From assembly GCF_937877005.1 (NCBI RefSeq), contig NZ_CALEFV010000051.1:1-60481 (forward strand): a stretch of 60,481 bases of DNA, written 5' to 3'. The stretch's first letter is position 1, and every line of letters starts with the position of its first letter. Both the position numbers and the translations under genes were made by a program. The notes beneath the pieces are model-generated. The model saw nothing but the letters and a program-made list of their open reading frames with translations, ran no database searches and was not told the origin of the DNA. Positions 9,356 to 21,100 of the stretch are shown one piece after another. This stretch comes from an uncultured Fibrobacter sp. Lineage in GTDB: Bacteria > Fibrobacterota > Fibrobacteria > Fibrobacterales > Fibrobacteraceae.

Positions 9356-10048
9356 CTAGCGGCGGACTAGGACTCTGTAGAGTTTCTGGTCCGCTTCTTT
9401 GTATTTGCGTTCGAAGGCGGTTTCGGGAATGGCGGGAGCAAAGGATGAGCATTCCGCGCTAAGTTTGAGCGGGAGCGCATCGCTTGCGATACGGGCTGCT
9501 TCCGCAAATTCGCGAGCGTAGATTTCCCAGTTGGTGCGCAGCTCCGTGACGGGACTCAGCTTGAGGAGTGTCGGAAAAATCGGATGCAGGTGGAACCGTC
9601 TTGTCGCCTCGCTTTCCTTAGGCCACGGATTTGGATAGTAGAGGGCGTGGTGTATGACATTCCATTCTCCGGCCATGACCTTTTCAAGCGCAAGTCGCCA
9701 GAAGTCGATGAGTTCCGCGCGAATCCAGATGGCGTTTGGGGGAATGTCGCCGCGCTGCGCCTTCGAAAGGCGGACGGCCGACTTGTCGGTTCCGATGACA
9801 GGAATGCCCGGAAACTTTTTCGCGAGGTGTATCGTGCTTTCGCCTGTGCCGCACCCCGAGTCAAGAACGAGCGTGTTGCCCGCAGCGAAGGATTCGATAA
9901 ACTTGTTGGCAATAGCGAATGATTCGCGGGTGTGTTCCGCTATGGGACGCAAAAAGGTCGTGGCGGCGTATTTTCGCACCACGGCCTCTAAATTTCGGTA
10001 TATGTCGTCTTGGTTGCTCGAAACGGAACGGACTGCGTTTGCAGGCAT
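9356..10048 (-). CDS. TrmB-like SAM-dependent tRNA (guanine-N7) methyltransferase
   Basis: DSGCGTG motif I, YPNPWPK, ELRTNWEIYA, TAFERKY; TGATG overlap with the upstream gene. Confidence 0.8.
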   Translation of the reverse strand: MPANAVRSVSSNQDDIYRNLEAVVRKYAATTFLRPIAEHTRESFAIANKFIESFAAGNTLVLDSGCGTGESTIHLAKKFPGIPVIGTDKSAVRLSKAQRGDIPPNAIWIRAELIDFWRLALEKVMAGEWNVIHHALYYPNPWPKESEATRRFHLHPIFPTLLKLSPVTELRTNWEIYAREFAEAARIASDALPLKLSAECSSFAPAIPETAFERKYKEADQKLYRVLVRR

Positions 10049-11304
10049 CACTTTTCCCAGATGCTTAAGCGGTCGCCGCCAATCAGTTCGATGTCGTCAA
10101 GCCAGAGTTCGAACGAGGAATCCTCGTTCGTGGTCTTAAAGTCCCAGGATAGCTGGTTTGCGCACTTGAGTGCTTCCTTGGCATCTTGTAAAGGAATGCT
10201 CACGCGTTCCCACTTATCTGCGAGACCATGTTCGTGCTGGATGATTTTCTGATGATCCTGTTCCAGATTCTCGTTGATGACGCTGAATACGATGGCGCCC
10301 TTGCCCTTGACGAGGAATGCCACGGAATCGACGGAAGAAATATCGTTGCAGAGCGACTTGTCGCTCTTGCCTAGTTCGATGCCGATGGTCGCCCAGGGCC
10401 AAATGGCGTTTCCGGAAGAATCCTCTACGACCTCGCCAAATTCGGCGGCGATATGTGCCACGATGTTGCCGTCCAGGTTTGCCAGCGAAAAACGGTGCTC
10501 CTTGCCGACAACGAATTCCGGCGTGACGTTTTCGGCGGAATAGTCAAAGTACCACCAGCCGCCATCATAGACATGCGCCGGCATGAAGCGGTTCTGGTAG
10601 TTTGAATCCTGGAAATCGTCGAGCAGGAGCGAGCGGCTTTCTTCGGCGAAGGTGCTTGCGATAGACTTTTCGCCGGCAGAAACGGCCACGTAGCTGCTAG
10701 TCGTGTCCCCGTTCCCTTCGGGGATGTAGACCAGGCTCAGGGGGCCTTCCGGGAGCGAATCGAGGGTGAAGTCGCCCTTCTTGACCTTGGTGGAGTGTTC
10801 CATGCCGCGAACCTTGATGGTTCCGTTTGCAGAGGTATCGCCGACAGATCCCTTTACCGTCGCCGTGGACTTGAGGGTGGTCTTGCCGAGATCGACACCT
10901 TCGCTTGAAACCTTCACGTGCTGCTGCAGGGCCTCGCCGTTCAGCCTTGCCTCGAGAATGTAGTCGCCGTCGGCAACGCCCTCGATATTCACCATGCCGT
11001 CGTCATTGGCGTCGGTTTCGTATGCGTCGGTTCCGTTTAGGCTTTCGCTATCCATCAGGCGGACCTTGGCGAGGGCTGCGGGAGTCTTGTCCGCGGTCAG
11101 AATCTGTGCGGTGATGGCGTTGCCTGCTTCGGTGCCGCTGGGGCCGCCGCCGGCCGTCTTGTTCTCGCTATCGCTACATGCGGAAAAACCTAGCCCAAAG
11201 GCGAGGGCCAGGGAAACGCCGGAAAGCGTCTTCGCGATGCGCGCAGCATTGACGGAACGGTCTAGCATGCTTGAAAAATACAAAAAATTATAAAATTTGC
11301 GCAT
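10048..11304 (-). CDS. Lipoprotein with carboxypeptidase-regulatory-like beta domains and C-terminal CBM11/CIA30-like domain; partner of TIGR02147 protein
   Basis: Lipobox FSAC, GGGPSGTEAGN motif, LLLDDFQD...GWWY...VAFLVKGKG...LWLDDIEL; TGATG-coupled to the upstream TIGR02147 gene. Confidence 0.7.
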   Translation of the reverse strand: MRKFYNFLYFSSMLDRSVNAARIAKTLSGVSLALAFGLGFSACSDSENKTAGGGPSGTEAGNAITAQILTADKTPAALAKVRLMDSESLNGTDAYETDANDDGMVNIEGVADGDYILEARLNGEALQQHVKVSSEGVDLGKTTLKSTATVKGSVGDTSANGTIKVRGMEHSTKVKKGDFTLDSLPEGPLSLVYIPEGNGDTTSSYVAVSAGEKSIASTFAEESRSLLLDDFQDSNYQNRFMPAHVYDGGWWYFDYSAENVTPEFVVGKEHRFSLANLDGNIVAHIAAEFGEVVEDSSGNAIWPWATIGIELGKSDKSLCNDISSVDSVAFLVKGKGAIVFSVINENLEQDHQKIIQHEHGLADKWERVSIPLQDAKEALKCANQLSWDFKTTNEDSSFELWLDDIELIGGDRLSIWEK

Positions 11305-12179
11305 CAGGCCCCCCTGTTTGGCGTGGAGGAACCCGTATCCGGGTCGTCCACCTTGTCGGAGAGGGGGAACATGGCGATGTTCAATGCATATACGCGGTCG
11401 GCGCGTTCGCTCTTGCGGGCAAATTGCAGCAGTCCGCGGCGGAATTCCTCGATACGGTGGCGAATTTCGGGCAGGTCGGTCTCGTCGGCCGTGAAGACAA
11501 CCGAGGAAATGTCGCGTTCTTCGGGCTTGTGGCGGTCGATGGATTCTTGCGCGAGCTCAAGCGTGTGACGGTGGAAATCGCGTACGGCCTGGCTCTTGAC
11601 TTCGCCCCCCGTACTGATGATCTGGTCGGTAATGTTCCAGCCGCCATTGCCATCGGGAACGACAAGTCCGAGCTGCTTCAGGATGCCGAGCGCCGTACGG
11701 GCTTCGTCCTGGGAAATGGCCGGGTTCAGACTCTTGGCGAGCTTGCCGATGTCGCTCGTGTCCTTGGAAATGCCAATCAGGGCGCGTAGCGCCGCGCAGG
11801 CCCAGCTGCCGAAATAGGAAAGTTCCGGTGTCGAGAGTACGCGGGTTTCCAGGGAGCGCAGTTCCATGAGCTTGTAGTAGAGCTCCGAAAGCGTCTGCTT
11901 CGCCTTGGTCTTGTTGAAGCGATATAAAGTCTTGAAATATTCGGCGCGACGGTCGTCAAGGCCGCAAATGCGGATGAATGCAGGGAGCGTCCCCTCGTTC
12001 AGGTGACCTTCTTTCTGGAATACGCGGACAAGCCAGGCCGGGTCCACGCCGGTCTTTTGGCCTAGATAGCGGTACGAGGTGAAGGGGTTGTCCTTCTTCG
12101 TTTCGACGAACCAGTCCTTCAGGAACTCGCGGTATTCCAAATAGTCTAATACTTCGGGCATGTCTATAAATTTACCCAA
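11304..12179 (-). CDS. TIGR02147 / DUF4423 family protein (putative DNA-binding regulator)
   Basis: DYLEYREFLKDWF...FTSYRYLGQKTGV HTH-like start; W...ALR..., ERDISSVVF, VYALNIAMFPLS C-terminus. Confidence 0.88.
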   Translation of the reverse strand: MGKFIDMPEVLDYLEYREFLKDWFVETKKDNPFTSYRYLGQKTGVDPAWLVRVFQKEGHLNEGTLPAFIRICGLDDRRAEYFKTLYRFNKTKAKQTLSELYYKLMELRSLETRVLSTPELSYFGSWACAALRALIGISKDTSDIGKLAKSLNPAISQDEARTALGILKQLGLVVPDGNGGWNITDQIISTGGEVKSQAVRDFHRHTLELAQESIDRHKPEERDISSVVFTADETDLPEIRHRIEEFRRGLLQFARKSERADRVYALNIAMFPLSDKVDDPDTGSSTPNRGA

Positions 12180-12309
12180 TTAAAGACAAGAAATGTTTAC
12201 ATATTATAAAATACTGACGATTTCCGTTGCAAAATTTTCAACAGGTTGGCGTTTTTAGACGAAAAACGTCAATTTTCGCTGTTGATTTTTGCAAAAACGG
12301 GACATTGGG

Positions 12310-14409
12310 CTAGATCTCTATACCCGTGTCGCGCTCAATGACCGTCTCGCAGGCTGCCTTGAAGGTTTCGGGGGTCGCGATGAGGGTGACGGTCTTCTTG
12401 GCGCGGGTGATGCCGGTGTAGAGGATCTGGTTGTTCAGAAGAGGGTGGCCTTCCTGTTTAGGGAGGAACATCGTCACGTGATCATACTCGGAACCCTGCG
12501 ACTTGTGGATGGTAATCGCGAAGGCGCTCTCCACGGCATCGGCAGGCAAAAGGGAAAGGGGGTAGAAAACGTATGGATTATCCGTCTCTTTTTCCGCATT
12601 CTTTTGCGCTTCAGACTTTTGCAACATGATACAAGGGGTAGTACCATCATAAACAACGATTCCTGTATCGCCATTGTACAGTTTGTACATTGATTGGTTC
12701 TTGGTAACCATCAAGAGCTGTCCTGGGAAATAGGATGTGTCAACAAAATCACCTTGTTGCTCTAATTTTTTCTGCACAATGCGCTTGTAATGTTCACGCA
12801 CAACTTTGCATACGACCTTATTTATTTGTTCCACCCCAAAAACGCCGCGTCGTTCGGCAGACAAAATGCGTTTCGTGAGCGAAAGTTCCCAAATGGCATT
12901 TCCCTTTGTAATATCGAGATTTGACGGATCCAGCTCCATGGCCATCCTGGGTAGATTTGCAAAATCACCCACCCACGACTTCAAGATGGTTTCAATGTTC
13001 TCGATTTCTTGCTTTTTAGTCTGCTTTTCAGTCGGAGCAGAATAATAGAACACCTTGTCTACGAGATTCGTTTCCTGTTTCGCAATCTTGGCTAAAGCCG
13101 GATGCAGCACGAAAACATGCTCTTGCGCCTTGGCTCCGTCTTCGACACACTTTTTTATTTCAACGGCCAAATTACCGATAACAGAATCATCCGAATAGCG
13201 ATTCGTTTTCGTCAATCTAACGCAAAAATTTTTATTCGATTTCGGCTTCAGAATTTCGCCAAGCACTGCCCCCGCATCAACGGACGGCAACTGGAACGGA
13301 TCCCCCAAAATGAACAACTTCGCCTTTTCCGGAATAGCCTGCAAAAGCGACGCAAACAGATTCACGTCAATCATGCTCGCCTCGTCAATCACGAATATTG
13401 ACTTTTCGGAGAATTGCTCCTTCGCATTATAAGTAAAGCCTCCCTTGCTAGGCGAAAACTTGAGCAATCGGTGAATTGTCGAACCTTCCAAATCCTTCAG
13501 TTTTTTGTAAACTTTGGAATTTTCCTTGTATTCCTCCTTAATACCCTTCAAACCTTTCTGCAAACTTTCCTGCATACGGTCGGCCGCCTTGCCACTCGGG
13601 GCCGCAAGGTATACTGAATAGTCGCACATTTCGTCGTTGGGAGTTTTTAAATCCTCTTGAGTCAAGAGGCTCCAGAGAATATAGAGGACAACCGTTGTCT
13701 TTCCGGTGCCAGGGCCACCCGTAATTACAAGATTCTCGTTCCGCCCACGAAGAACGGCCTCCGCCTGTTCTTCATTCAACTGTAGCGGGAAAAACTTTCC
13801 ATTCTTTTTATAGGAAGCTATCTTGGCAATCGACTGTTGGCATTTTTTGATTTCCGCATTGTCAGGTAGCTTATCGCAAACATCTACGAACAGCAATCCT
13901 GCATACTTTTCAATCAGCAATTTCGCCCTAAAAAAACGTTCAAGATAAAGATAAGGACATTCTCCATCCACCTTCGTCATAATAAGTGGTGTCGAGGGAA
14001 TGGACTTTCCCGCATATTCCTCCTCATTCAGCTTGCATTCCGTTTTCACGGTCAGAATTTTTGAAAAATTTTTTTCTTTAAGGCTTTCTATTCCGGCAAA
14101 AATGATCTGCTTGAAGTCAAGCTGGTTTCCATCATGGAATTCCGAAGTCGTATCAAGACTTTCTTGCAATTTTTTAAGACTGTTCCACTTGCGATTCCAG
14201 ATACTCTCAAATTTAGCGGCATCCAGAGGGACACGCGTATTGCCATCATCCCACAACGAAAAACAGAGGCAAAGAAATTTCTGCGTATTCCCATCAATTT
14301 CTGGTTGTTGCTGGATCAGGAACCGCATTAAATACAAATTCAAGTCAGCAATGCCTCGCATATTCTTCAGGGTTTCAAAGAAAGTTTCAAAAGAATTATT
14401 TGAATTCAT
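12310..14409 (-). CDS. recD: Exodeoxyribonuclease V alpha subunit
   Basis: ITGGPGTGKTT, AAPSGKAA, VIDEASMID, LGDPFQLPSV, AITIHKSQGSEY, LYTGITRAK. Confidence 0.95.
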   Translation of the reverse strand: MNSNNSFETFFETLKNMRGIADLNLYLMRFLIQQQPEIDGNTQKFLCLCFSLWDDGNTRVPLDAAKFESIWNRKWNSLKKLQESLDTTSEFHDGNQLDFKQIIFAGIESLKEKNFSKILTVKTECKLNEEEYAGKSIPSTPLIMTKVDGECPYLYLERFFRAKLLIEKYAGLLFVDVCDKLPDNAEIKKCQQSIAKIASYKKNGKFFPLQLNEEQAEAVLRGRNENLVITGGPGTGKTTVVLYILWSLLTQEDLKTPNDEMCDYSVYLAAPSGKAADRMQESLQKGLKGIKEEYKENSKVYKKLKDLEGSTIHRLLKFSPSKGGFTYNAKEQFSEKSIFVIDEASMIDVNLFASLLQAIPEKAKLFILGDPFQLPSVDAGAVLGEILKPKSNKNFCVRLTKTNRYSDDSVIGNLAVEIKKCVEDGAKAQEHVFVLHPALAKIAKQETNLVDKVFYYSAPTEKQTKKQEIENIETILKSWVGDFANLPRMAMELDPSNLDITKGNAIWELSLTKRILSAERRGVFGVEQINKVVCKVVREHYKRIVQKKLEQQGDFVDTSYFPGQLLMVTKNQSMYKLYNGDTGIVVYDGTTPCIMLQKSEAQKNAEKETDNPYVFYPLSLLPADAVESAFAITIHKSQGSEYDHVTMFLPKQEGHPLLNNQILYTGITRAKKTVTLIATPETFKAACETVIERDTGIEI

Positions 14410-14412
14410 ATT

Positions 14413-17400
14413 CTACACCTTCCTGCTTTTCATCAAGTTCTTGACATTTTCGTAAGCGGATTTTAGAGTCGCATAATCCTTCCATGTCTGGGCATAGATT
14501 CCACGATTACTCTGTCCATCAGTCCCTCGGAGGAACGCATAGTAAATGCCTCCAAAATGTTTACTGAAAATTTCTTCTTCCATCAAATTTTCCGCAGTAC
14601 CCTTGCCGTAGAATTGCTTCAACCACTGGATCAGGCAAAAACTGTACAGCACGCGCTGAACAGAATACTCCTCATCCACTTTTTTCTTGACAGAAGAATC
14701 GTCGTAGGCTTCAAGCATATCCGATTTCCAGTCCAAAATGGAGTAATATTTTCGTCCATCGATTTCGCGGACGAACACCAAGTCGATAAAGCCCTTGCAC
14801 AGCCGACGCAATAATTGAGAGGCTGTTTTTTCTTCAGAACATTTCGTTTCGTCGTTCGAAAAATCGGCATTCAGGCCAAACTGTACTTCGGGTTTATGAC
14901 TTTCTAGCGGGAGCGATACCAATTTTACAGGTTTCCCGCCCGTAAACGATCCGCCGGCAATTTCGGGAAGTTCCGCATTTAATGTATTCCACATAAACCG
15001 ACCAACAACCTTATTCCATTCTGGATGGCTTGCGATGGGGAGTGAAACGGCCTTGAATTCCTCTTCAACCGCATTCAAGAAACTTGGCGTCGGTTTTTCC
15101 AAGATGTCTTTAATAGTTTTAAATTTTTCTCCGAATTTCTGGAAGCGGGTTCGTTCCAGGATATTATGCAAAGCATCGCCAACCTTGCTTCCGCGCGGGA
15201 ATTTTTCGTCGACATCATTCAAAAGAGCAGTCTCGGTACCGACAATATCTATAGACGGCAACAAGGTGACGACTTCGGGATCTACTGCATTTATCTTAAC
15301 ATCCTCCGTTAATTCGGAACGATAGTCTGAAAATCCAGATTCATCCTTGTCGGTGCGAGAATCATCGGCTTCCGCCACCACCGATTCACCACGGCCAGAA
15401 AGAGACGAATAGGAATACTGCATCATCGCTTTGCCAGGAAGTTTCTTCTGCAAAGCGGACATTCGTGCAAGAGCTTCCTCCCTTGCCTTAGTGTAATCGG
15501 AATTTTCTGCAGGTTTTGCCAGAATTTTAACTACATCCGCATACTTATCGGCAGGGTCCCACTGGCAGTCTGTAACAAGGTCTTCAAGGGGTGCTTTTGA
15601 TTCGGGGTTGCGATAGTCCTCAATCGCATTTTTTAGAAAGGTGTATTCCGGTGCCGCGCTACGCCCCGTTTCATACCACTTTTTATACTGAGGCAAAACA
15701 AGGATAGATGACGCTCGCGTGAAATCCACATAGAATAGGCGCTTCCATTCTTCCAACTCTTCTGCCTTGCGAGCGCTTTTCGCTTCCGAACCAAAGCCCA
15801 TGTGTATTGAATCGTCTTGAATGTTATGGTAAATATACGGGGGTGTAGTCTTGTCATTGTATTTTTTGTAACCCGCAGCCGAAATAACCACCGGGAATTC
15901 AAGTCCCTTGGATGCGTGAATCGTCATTACCTGTACAGCATCGAAATCGGTGCCCTTTTCGACCAAGTCTCCATTTTCGTCATCGGCAACTTCCTCATAG
16001 CGAGCAAGTCCTTCTAGGTGTCTAACCAAATCGTCAATGGAACAACGATGATTGTACAGGTAATCAACGGCATAATTTCCAATCTGTCGCAGGCGAGTCA
16101 TGCTCTGCATTGTCTTGACATTCATCAGGGTCTGTTCGATACCCGTATCTTCGTAAATTTGCTCAAGCATTTCTGCATAACGGAACTTCAGTGCAAGCGA
16201 ACGCCACTTGGCAATTTGCATTCGTTCTGCATTTTGTGGGTTGTCGAACTCCTTGCTTTCGGCATAATGTAATTCCAGAAGTCCGTCATGGGCGCCTGCC
16301 TGCGATATAGACTGTTTTGCCTTTTCGGAAACGACATCCTTGAAAAAATCCGTTATCAAGACTTCGCTCAGCAACTGTCTATTCCAGGATGAAAAATCGG
16401 GAGCGTTAATTGCGCGGAAAAGAGCGATCCATTCGGCACATTCACGGCTACGGAACAGGTTGCTTTCCTTGTAGCGCGTATAAGGCACACCGACCGAGCG
16501 CATCGTCTCTTCAAAGATTTCCATTTCAGGACGCGAACGCGCTAGAATGGCAAAATCCTTAAAAGTCACATTCTTGTATTCCGAATGACCATCCTTGTTG
16601 GCGTCTTTGTCAAAAACCCGCAACACGGTGTTTCCACTTTCATCGCGGGAACACCATTCGATGATCTTCGCGACAACTGTCTTTGCATAATTTTCGGGAG
16701 TGATTTCAGGTTCACTCAGCCAAATGGAATTGACATTTTGACCAAGAAGAAGAGGAGGAGCCTTCTTTTTATCGGCATTTTCACCTTCGGGAGCATAGGA
16801 CTTACTAAAGTCCACCAATTTCGGCTGATTTTGTGCAGGCGTAAAGTATTCTCCACGGAACAAGACGTTACACCCGTCAATAACTCCGTCCGTTGAGCGG
16901 TAATTATGCTCCAAGGGCATCCCCACACCTATTTCATCAATAGCCTTCTTGTAGACATTGACATCTGCGCCCTGAAAGCTGTAGATAGACTGTTTGGGGT
17001 CACCAACCACAAAGATGGAATGGTTTTCTACACATTTACCATCTTCTTTCAGGAACACCTGTCGGAATATATCCCATTGCAGCTGATTTGTATCCTGGAA
17101 TTCATCAATAATTGCATACTTGTACTGACTCCGGAGTCGCATCTTGAGCAAATTATCCGAAGCAAGTACTGCCTGATGTACCGACAGAATCATGTCATTG
17201 AAGGATTGCAGCTTGTTTTCGCACTTATACTTTTGCCAGGTTTCAAAAACCTTGGGAGTCCATTCAACAAGGAATTTATTTTTTAAAGCGTTTGACACTT
17301 CTGCCAAATACTTGTTGACATTTTTTATGCATTCAAAAGGCTCTTCCAGATCACCACTGAACTTTCTGAAAGTCTGTCCATTGTACAATTTCTTTCCGGG

Positions 17401-18189
17401 AAGCCACTGTTGAAGTTGCTCTGTAAAAACTTTTGCCTTTTCATCTTTTTCCGCGGTACGTTCAAAAGCCTTGACACTTTCTGCAAAATTAGGGATGATA
17501 TTTAAATCGTTCAACTTTCTGGCGTAAACTATTTGACGCACCATGTCTATGGACACATCTTCATCACCCAGTTTCGGCAACTCTACATTATCAAGTTTTA
17601 CAATTTCGTTTCCGTCCGAATTCATTCCCTTGTACAGGTTTACGGCATTTACAAACCGTTCCTTCAAATCGTCCATGAAGGTCGAAGTCTTTTCGGCGCC
17701 CAAGACCAAGGCCTTGAAATCCTCATCATCTTTCCACTTATCGCGAATGAACTGTTCTACCAAATTTATGACCGCACCATCATCGATCATGGACATATCA
17801 AAAGATCGTCCCGCATCGTAGGCGTATTCCTTCAGCGCTTTCTGGCAAAACGAATGAATCGTGAATATTGCTGCATTATCGACATCCTGGTAAGCCTTGC
17901 GGAAAAGGTTCAGCTGTTTTTCCGTCAGACGGGGCATGGTCTTGTCTATGGTTCCCTTTTCTAGCACCTCGTCTATTTTTTTGCGGATTCTATCCTTGAG
18001 TTCACCGGCAGCTTTTTCGGTATAGGTGACAATCAGGATTTTTTTGAGAGGAGTCTCTTCGGCAATCATCTGCGCCACCATCAACTGGATGGTGTAAGTC
18101 TTGCCAGTACCCGCGGAGGCTTCGATATAGAGGCTATTTCCCGTCTTAAATTCGCTAATTTTAAATTCATTACCGTTGCTCATGTTCAC
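14413..18189 (-). CDS. recB: Exodeoxyribonuclease V beta subunit
   Basis: EASAGTGKT, IDEFQDT, VGDPKQSIYSFQGAD, MTIHASKGLEF, nuclease motif GFIDLVF...LDWKS. Confidence 0.95.
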   Translation of the reverse strand: MNMSNGNEFKISEFKTGNSLYIEASAGTGKTYTIQLMVAQMIAEETPLKKILIVTYTEKAAGELKDRIRKKIDEVLEKGTIDKTMPRLTEKQLNLFRKAYQDVDNAAIFTIHSFCQKALKEYAYDAGRSFDMSMIDDGAVINLVEQFIRDKWKDDEDFKALVLGAEKTSTFMDDLKERFVNAVNLYKGMNSDGNEIVKLDNVELPKLGDEDVSIDMVRQIVYARKLNDLNIIPNFAESVKAFERTAEKDEKAKVFTEQLQQWLPGKKLYNGQTFRKFSGDLEEPFECIKNVNKYLAEVSNALKNKFLVEWTPKVFETWQKYKCENKLQSFNDMILSVHQAVLASDNLLKMRLRSQYKYAIIDEFQDTNQLQWDIFRQVFLKEDGKCVENHSIFVVGDPKQSIYSFQGADVNVYKKAIDEIGVGMPLEHNYRSTDGVIDGCNVLFRGEYFTPAQNQPKLVDFSKSYAPEGENADKKKAPPLLLGQNVNSIWLSEPEITPENYAKTVVAKIIEWCSRDESGNTVLRVFDKDANKDGHSEYKNVTFKDFAILARSRPEMEIFEETMRSVGVPYTRYKESNLFRSRECAEWIALFRAINAPDFSSWNRQLLSEVLITDFFKDVVSEKAKQSISQAGAHDGLLELHYAESKEFDNPQNAERMQIAKWRSLALKFRYAEMLEQIYEDTGIEQTLMNVKTMQSMTRLRQIGNYAVDYLYNHRCSIDDLVRHLEGLARYEEVADDENGDLVEKGTDFDAVQVMTIHASKGLEFPVVISAAGYKKYNDKTTPPYIYHNIQDDSIHMGFGSEAKSARKAEELEEWKRLFYVDFTRASSILVLPQYKKWYETGRSAAPEYTFLKNAIEDYRNPESKAPLEDLVTDCQWDPADKYADVVKILAKPAENSDYTKAREEALARMSALQKKLPGKAMMQYSYSSLSGRGESVVAEADDSRTDKDESGFSDYRSELTEDVKINAVDPEVVTLLPSIDIVGTETALLNDVDEKFPRGSKVGDALHNILERTRFQKFGEKFKTIKDILEKPTPSFLNAVEEEFKAVSLPIASHPEWNKVVGRFMWNTLNAELPEIAGGSFTGGKPVKLVSLPLESHKPEVQFGLNADFSNDETKCSEEKTASQLLRRLCKGFIDLVFVREIDGRKYYSILDWKSDMLEAYDDSSVKKKVDEEYSVQRVLYSFCLIQWLKQFYGKGTAENLMEEEIFSKHFGGIYYAFLRGTDGQSNRGIYAQTWKDYATLKSAYENVKNLMKSRKV

Positions 18190-18191
18190 CT

Positions 18192-21100
18192 CTACTTTTC
18201 AGCCTTCTTGGATCGGGTTGTTTTCACTTTTGCAGGCTTTTCATCTTTCGGTTTTTCGGGCGTTTTGTACTTCTCAATCTTAATAAGATTTTTCATTTTA
18301 CTAACGGCAGCATCCCATTCGCCTTCAAATTCTTTTGCTGAAAATCCAACATCCGTTAGGGGATTAAAAAGACTTTTCTTGTCGAAATACGCCCATTTCC
18401 CATGCTCGCCAAGCAACTCGTTCCTATATTCAAAAATAGTCTTGTCTTCGGTTTTCTTAGGCCAGCCTTCCAGCATGTCGGCCGGAACGGATTTACTATA
18501 TGGGAAAGTCCTGTTTTTTTCGTCGCCAAAAGCCTCCGCATAAATTTCTTCCAATTTATTCGTGGCTTCATGCGGAGTCATCGTGACGCTAGTTTCAGCA
18601 GGACCGTTCTTGCCTTTGTCACAGGAATAAATAGAAATTTTGATGGTCTGTGACTTTTCTGTCAAGGAATCATCCTTTACACCCTTGTACGCAATCAGCG
18701 CCAAAGCCTTGATGTATGGCGACATGTACTTGCCAAATGCAATATCGTCCTTGTTGGATTCAGAAGATGTCACCTCCATGATCTGCGTTACCTTTTCGAG
18801 CGAGTTTGAATTCGCGTTGCACCAGTCCAATCTTCCCGACAAGGACCAATGGGTTCCATCGGTACGGGCAAGTTGCAAGTCCTGAATTTTTCCGCCAAAG
18901 CTCCATCCAGTCGAGAATTCTCCTTTCGCCTTGACTTGGTCAATAATCAGTTTTTTCTTTACATTCAGCAAGTCAAGCTGCTTCTGTCCAAAGACGTCTT
19001 TGGGCATCTTGCCACTCAGTTCCAGATCTTCCTGCAACTTTTCAAGTTCTTGCTTTTCGCTAGTTGTCGTTCCTTCAGATAATTCTGCAGCGACCATCTT
19101 CTTTAAAATCGAAGCTACATCCAGATGATTAAAGAAAACGGGTTCGAAGAGTTCCTTTTCGACATCTTCATCATTCTCTTCCCTAAGCATTGTGTCAACG
19201 CGGAATTCAAAAGGATCCTTCAAGAACGAGGCCAACGAATAGAAGCTCACTCTTTCAGGAATCTTTACCAAATATTCCTTTGGCTTAGAAATTTCCTGGT
19301 AAAGTTTTTCCTGGACGAATGTGCGGATTTTTTCAAGCCGATCCTCTTCACCCAAGTTCATCCATTCGTACGCATTTCTGTTTCTAAGGCTCCGGGGCGT
19401 CCATAATTCATCATAATCCCGATTTTCGTCAAGCGAAATTTCTTTTTCTTCCCACTTAGGCTTTTTTCCGTTTTCACCTACAGCTGCAGAATTCTCAATA
19501 AATTTCCGTAAATCGATCACAACAGAAGACGGATAGAATTCGGCGTCCTTTTTAAGATCACGATTAACATAGCTCAAATGGAAACTATCGCTTATACTCA
19601 TCAGCAAACACAAAAAACCGTAGCGGTTGCGAGCTACCGGGGAATCGTCGCCGGGCCATGGGTAACAGGACTTTCGCAGGTCAAGCGTATTTCGTTGACG
19701 AGATCCCGGGAAAGACATTGCATCGGCTCCAATAAAGAAGAGATGCTTTGCAGGAAGAATTCTGTTAGGCGCAAACTTCATAAAGGTGATGCCGTTCACG
19801 AACAAGTTTCCACAACTGTACTCCGTTCCTTGAGCAGCATACAAAAGGCTCTGTTCCACAATTTTCATCGAAATGCTGTCCGACCCAGCTTCCATTTGCC
19901 AATGTAGTTGTTCCAGGCCCTCGGCAACGCGTTTGTAGACAATCGATTCACTTTTTAGAGAATCCGATACATGGCTCAATGCAATCCATTTATCCAGATA
20001 TTCCGAAAGCAGTCCCAAGTTAGTACAATCCTGCTTGCCGAATTCGATCCATTTTTCCAAATCTTCGACACATTCTATGAATCGGCACAGCGAAGCCTTG
20101 TTTGAACAAGCCATATCGGAATAAGGACGTAACTTTTCGGCTTCTCCATAAGCGAAATCTTCCGCAGTCATCTGCGACAGCAGCAAGCGGCGAACCGTCT
20201 TGCTCCAGTCTCCGCCGTTTTTATCGCGACATCGATAGGTATTCGTGTCAGACACCCACTGTTGCCAGGCATCGACTTCGTCATTCTTGATTCCGCGTGC
20301 AGACTGCACAACCGGATTTCGTACTAGGGCGAAAAAGTCGGGTCTTGTCACGGTTCTTTGATTCAGAATCGCAAATAGGCTCGCTAGTGCATTTTCGGTA
20401 AGTGAATTCCTGGCAGGCGAATCAACAATCGCAAATGGGACATGCAAAAAACCGTTTTCTTTTTTCGTTCGTTCATCAGGTTTGGCTGCAGTCTGGTCAA
20501 AGACCATGCTAATTGCCGTGCGATATTCGTCTAAACACGGCGATACAACAAGAATGTCCTCAACGCGGACTTTCTCGTCGTCTAGTAGCGCACAAATTTG
20601 GGTATGTAGGTTTTCAATTTCGCGAATTCTGGTGGGAGCCGCAGTCACGTCAAGCGAGCCGTCTGTCAATTCCGGCAAATTTACGTCGCGGAGCGATTCA
20701 CGATGCGCTACGGAATATTGCACCTTGTGTAAAAGGCTGTCTTGCGGTAAATCGGATTTGCCCGTGCCCTGAAAGTTGAAATCGTAATCTGAAGCCTGAC
20801 ACCAAAGTTTGATATTGTCCCTGCCGGTTCGTCCCCAATTCAGAAGCAGTGCGTTTTCCTGGTCGGCTAAAGCGCTTTCCGGAATGTCTTCGACATCCGT
20901 CACGGGATTCTTTTCTGGATTATCAACAATCTTCTGGACACTCATGCGCTCCTTAATGCCGGACATATCCGCATTTTCTGCAGAGTTCCATTCACCGTCC
21001 TTTGAAACATTCCATGATCTACACACATTTCTGTTATCGTGGACTGATCCCAAATCCTCCCAAAATTCCATACACGGATTTTGGATGTAAGCAAAAATTT

